64,000 nucleotides of DNA from Candidatus Epulonipiscioides gigas (lineage in GTDB: Bacteria; Bacillota; Clostridia; Lachnospirales; Cellulosilyticaceae): assembly GCA_001983555.1 (NCBI GenBank), contig LJHE01000074.1, positions 17,384-81,383 on the forward strand, written 5' to 3'. Under the pieces are notes generated by a model that did not search any database, was not told where the DNA came from, and was given only the letters and a program-made list of their open reading frames with translations. Both the position numbers and the translations under genes were made by a program. This document shows, one piece after another, positions 61,629-64,000 of this stretch. Numbering within the stretch: the stretch's first letter is position 1; each line of letters starts with the position of its first letter.

Positions 61629-61782
61629 TTTATCACCTCAAAATTAATTATAACATTTTTTAAAAATTATACAAGATATAAGAAAAATAATTTATTATTT
61701 ACTAAATAATTCCATCAAAGCAGCCGATATAATTTAAGTATGGAATATCTATACAAATTTATAAATAAATGGAGGGATAATT

Positions 61783-62550
61783 ATGACTATTGGTGCAAGT
61801 TCTGGTGTTGGATTTTCAATGCAAGATTATTATAAAGAAAGTTTAGAAAAAGCTCGTGAGAAGGAACGACAAGAAAGATCTGAAGAGCTATCAACAGGTA
61901 AGAAGATTAATGATGCAGCAGATAATCCCGCTACAATGGCTATTGCAACTCAAATGGTAGCTAACTATATTGGTTTAAACGCTGAAACAACTAATATAGA
62001 AAGTGAAATGAGTCGTTCTAATGTAGCAGATGGAGCTTTAAGTGATTCACAAGCTACATTATCTCGTATGCAAGAGCTTACTATGCAAGCTCAAAATGGA
62101 ATTTTAACAGATACTGATAGATCTTATATTCAGGCAGAAATGGATGAACTTAGTAAACACTTAGGCTCTATTTCAGGTAATACTGAATTTAATACTAAAG
62201 AAGTATTTGATGGTGAAGGTATGGATTTAAATGAAGAAACTCTAGGTTCATTTAAAGTTGATGTTAATGACCCAGATGCTCTTAGTAAAATTCAAGGTAT
62301 GTCAGCTGCTGTTAGTCAATTGCAAGCAGAAGAAGGTGCAGAGTATAATGGTCTTGAATCACAAGCAAGTGTTAATCAAACTGCAGCAGACAATATGCTA
62401 ACTTCTGCAAGCCAAATGCAAGATACAAATTATGCAGAGTCTACTAGTGCATTAATTAAAAATAATTTATTAGATCAATATAGAATGCAAATGCAAGGAC
62501 AGATGCAAACTCAGATGATGACTCAAATGTCTAATTTACTTATGATTTAA
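61783..62550 (+). CDS. Short flagellin-family protein (D0/D1 only)
   Basis: N-terminal flagellin segment (LSTGKKINDAADNPATMAIATQM) and a C-terminal flagellin segment (..MQDTNYAESTSALIKNNLL..QM..). GGAGGG SD. 255 aa. The first 20 aa are atypical. Confidence 0.6.
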   Translation: MTIGASSGVGFSMQDYYKESLEKAREKERQERSEELSTGKKINDAADNPATMAIATQMVANYIGLNAETTNIESEMSRSNVADGALSDSQATLSRMQELTMQAQNGILTDTDRSYIQAEMDELSKHLGSISGNTEFNTKEVFDGEGMDLNEETLGSFKVDVNDPDALSKIQGMSAAVSQLQAEEGAEYNGLESQASVNQTAADNMLTSASQMQDTNYAESTSALIKNNLLDQYRMQMQGQMQTQMMTQMSNLLMI

Positions 62551-62590
62551 AGTTGCAATATTTTATTATACTTATAAGGAGTTATTAATT

Positions 62591-63565
62591 ATGTTAAAAG
62601 AGTTACTTTTATTAAGTTCTATGTCATTAGGACTAGGAAGTGCTTGTAGTTGTTGTAACCAAATGATAGAGCATACAAATGCAGAACCAACATCTATATC
62701 AAATGAAAAAATATCAGAATATGCTCATCCTGAATCTTTTATAACTCATAACGAATTATTTAATTTAATGAATGATAAATCAAATGATGTTATAGTTATA
62801 GGTACTTTAGACCCAGCAGTAAAAGCTGAGCCAATAAAGGGCTCATTTACTATGTGGCGAGATGACTATTCAGCCCAATCAGGTACATTTGAATTTGAAG
62901 GAATGTCAAATAGTCAAGCTGAAATGGAAAGAATATTATCAAGCTATGGAGCAACACCATATTCTACAATTGTAGTCTATGCTTTTAATGATCAACATGA
63001 CGCTGGTCGTTTATGGTGGCAAATTAAGATGTTAGGTCATCAAGATGTTCGTTATTTAGATGGTGGATTAAATGCTTGGCAAGCCGCTGGATTACCAACA
63101 GGAGATGCAAATCCGATTGTAGAAGCTACAAATTATGTTGCTCCAAATCCTTCATCAGATATAGCGGCAGATATAGATATTGTTATCGATGCTTTAGATG
63201 AACCAAACACAGTTATCATTGATACACGTGCAACTGCTGAAGAAACAGGAGAAATCACTTTAGAAGGTGCTTTTGGACCTGGAAAGATAAAAGATTCTAT
63301 ATGGATAGATTGGGATGTAACGTTAAATAAAGATACAACTATGAAAACTGTAGATGAATTAGAAGAAATTTATGCAAACTTTCAAGATAAAGATATAATT
63401 ACTTACTGTCAGTCAGGAGTACGTAGCGCGCATACATTATTTGTGTTAACACAAGCTCTAGGATATGAAAATGTACAAAATTATGATGGTTCTTGGATCG
63501 AATGGTCACATGAATATTATGAAAATTCTAATCCTAAAACATTAATAGAAAATGGCAATAAATAA
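62591..63565 (+). CDS. Rhodanese-domain sulfurtransferase lipoprotein (tandem rhodanese domains)
   Basis: Lipobox LGLGSAC and the active-site loop CQSGVRSAH. AAGGAG SD. Confidence 0.75.
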   Translation: MLKELLLLSSMSLGLGSACSCCNQMIEHTNAEPTSISNEKISEYAHPESFITHNELFNLMNDKSNDVIVIGTLDPAVKAEPIKGSFTMWRDDYSAQSGTFEFEGMSNSQAEMERILSSYGATPYSTIVVYAFNDQHDAGRLWWQIKMLGHQDVRYLDGGLNAWQAAGLPTGDANPIVEATNYVAPNPSSDIAADIDIVIDALDEPNTVIIDTRATAEETGEITLEGAFGPGKIKDSIWIDWDVTLNKDTTMKTVDELEEIYANFQDKDIITYCQSGVRSAHTLFVLTQALGYENVQNYDGSWIEWSHEYYENSNPKTLIENGNK

Positions 63566-63573
63566 AATCTATT

Positions 63574-63610
63574 AGCTCGTTCTATTTTTTCTAGAACGAG
63601 CTGTTCCTTT
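63574..63610 (+). terminator. Rho-independent terminator after the rhodanese gene
   Basis: 11-bp stem agctcgttcta/tagaacgagct with a TTTTTTC loop and a T-rich tail. Confidence 0.55.
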
Positions 63611-63779
63611 ATATCTTTAACAGATATTTTCTTATATTATTAAAAAACTTTAATTAGAAAATATATAACCGCTGTATCTTACTTGTATGTGATACAAAAA
63701 TATTGCTCCAAATTCAATTTTTTTACACTGAATGTTTAATTTAATTTGAAAATGGATATCATATGTATAGTATACGCAG

Positions 63780-64000
63780 TTATAAATTAGCCGCAATTAC
63801 GTCTACTATATCCTCTGTTGTATTAGGCAAAATTTTTTTCAGTCTTCTTTTTAAAGTAGCCCAGTATTTCTCAATTGGATTTAGTTCTGGTGAGTATGGT
63901 TGTAAAAATATTAATTTTAATGCCTTATGTCTGTATTTATCACAAATATTTTGTAACTTAACCTTGTTATGAAAACTAGCATTATCCATTACTATTGTTT
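63780..64000 (-). mobile_element. 3' part of an IS630/Tc1-mariner-family DDE transposase gene. The ORF continues past the window edge.
   Basis: ..DNASFHNK...LQPYSPELNPIEKYWATLKRRL.. is the characteristic C-terminal DDE region of IS630 transposases. Confidence 0.6.

Overview
This is a 64-kb chromosomal segment from a very AT-rich, spore-forming, Clostridia-like Firmicute. SpoIVA and a Spo0E-like protein are present and gene content is Gram-positive. Most of the window is core housekeeping: a conserved rnc-smc-ftsY cluster, groES-groEL with a CIRCE operator, lysS-greA, tex, a UvrD-like helicase, nth, pyrC-pyrB, a flotillin, hisS, spoIVA and ftsK. Accessory genes sit between these. The first accessory block is a Ter-type stress/defence cluster at about 7.7-12.8 kb: a small Zn-ribbon protein, a 750-aa protein of unknown function, TelA and two TerD paralogs. 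The others are a 580-aa protein ending in a degenerate HNH-like zinc finger followed by a tiny membrane protein with an acidic tail, a BceAB-type ABC transporter with no adjacent two-component system, a cobalamin-binding radical SAM protein, a secreted hyper-acidic protein, a GH2 glycosidase convergent with a Cys-type sulfatase, a short standalone flagellin, an Rpn-family nuclease and a partial IS630 transposase at the window edge. A family of related non-coding repeat elements built on a short 'cccac...gtggg + TTCTTG' hairpin occupies three long intergenic spacers (about 16.2, 52.2 and 54.5 kb). Best candidate for something new: the unknown 750-aa protein and the Zn-ribbon gene attached to TelA/TerD, and the intergenic repeat family. 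Nothing was computed; every call rests on reading the six-frame ORF translations and the DNA directly.
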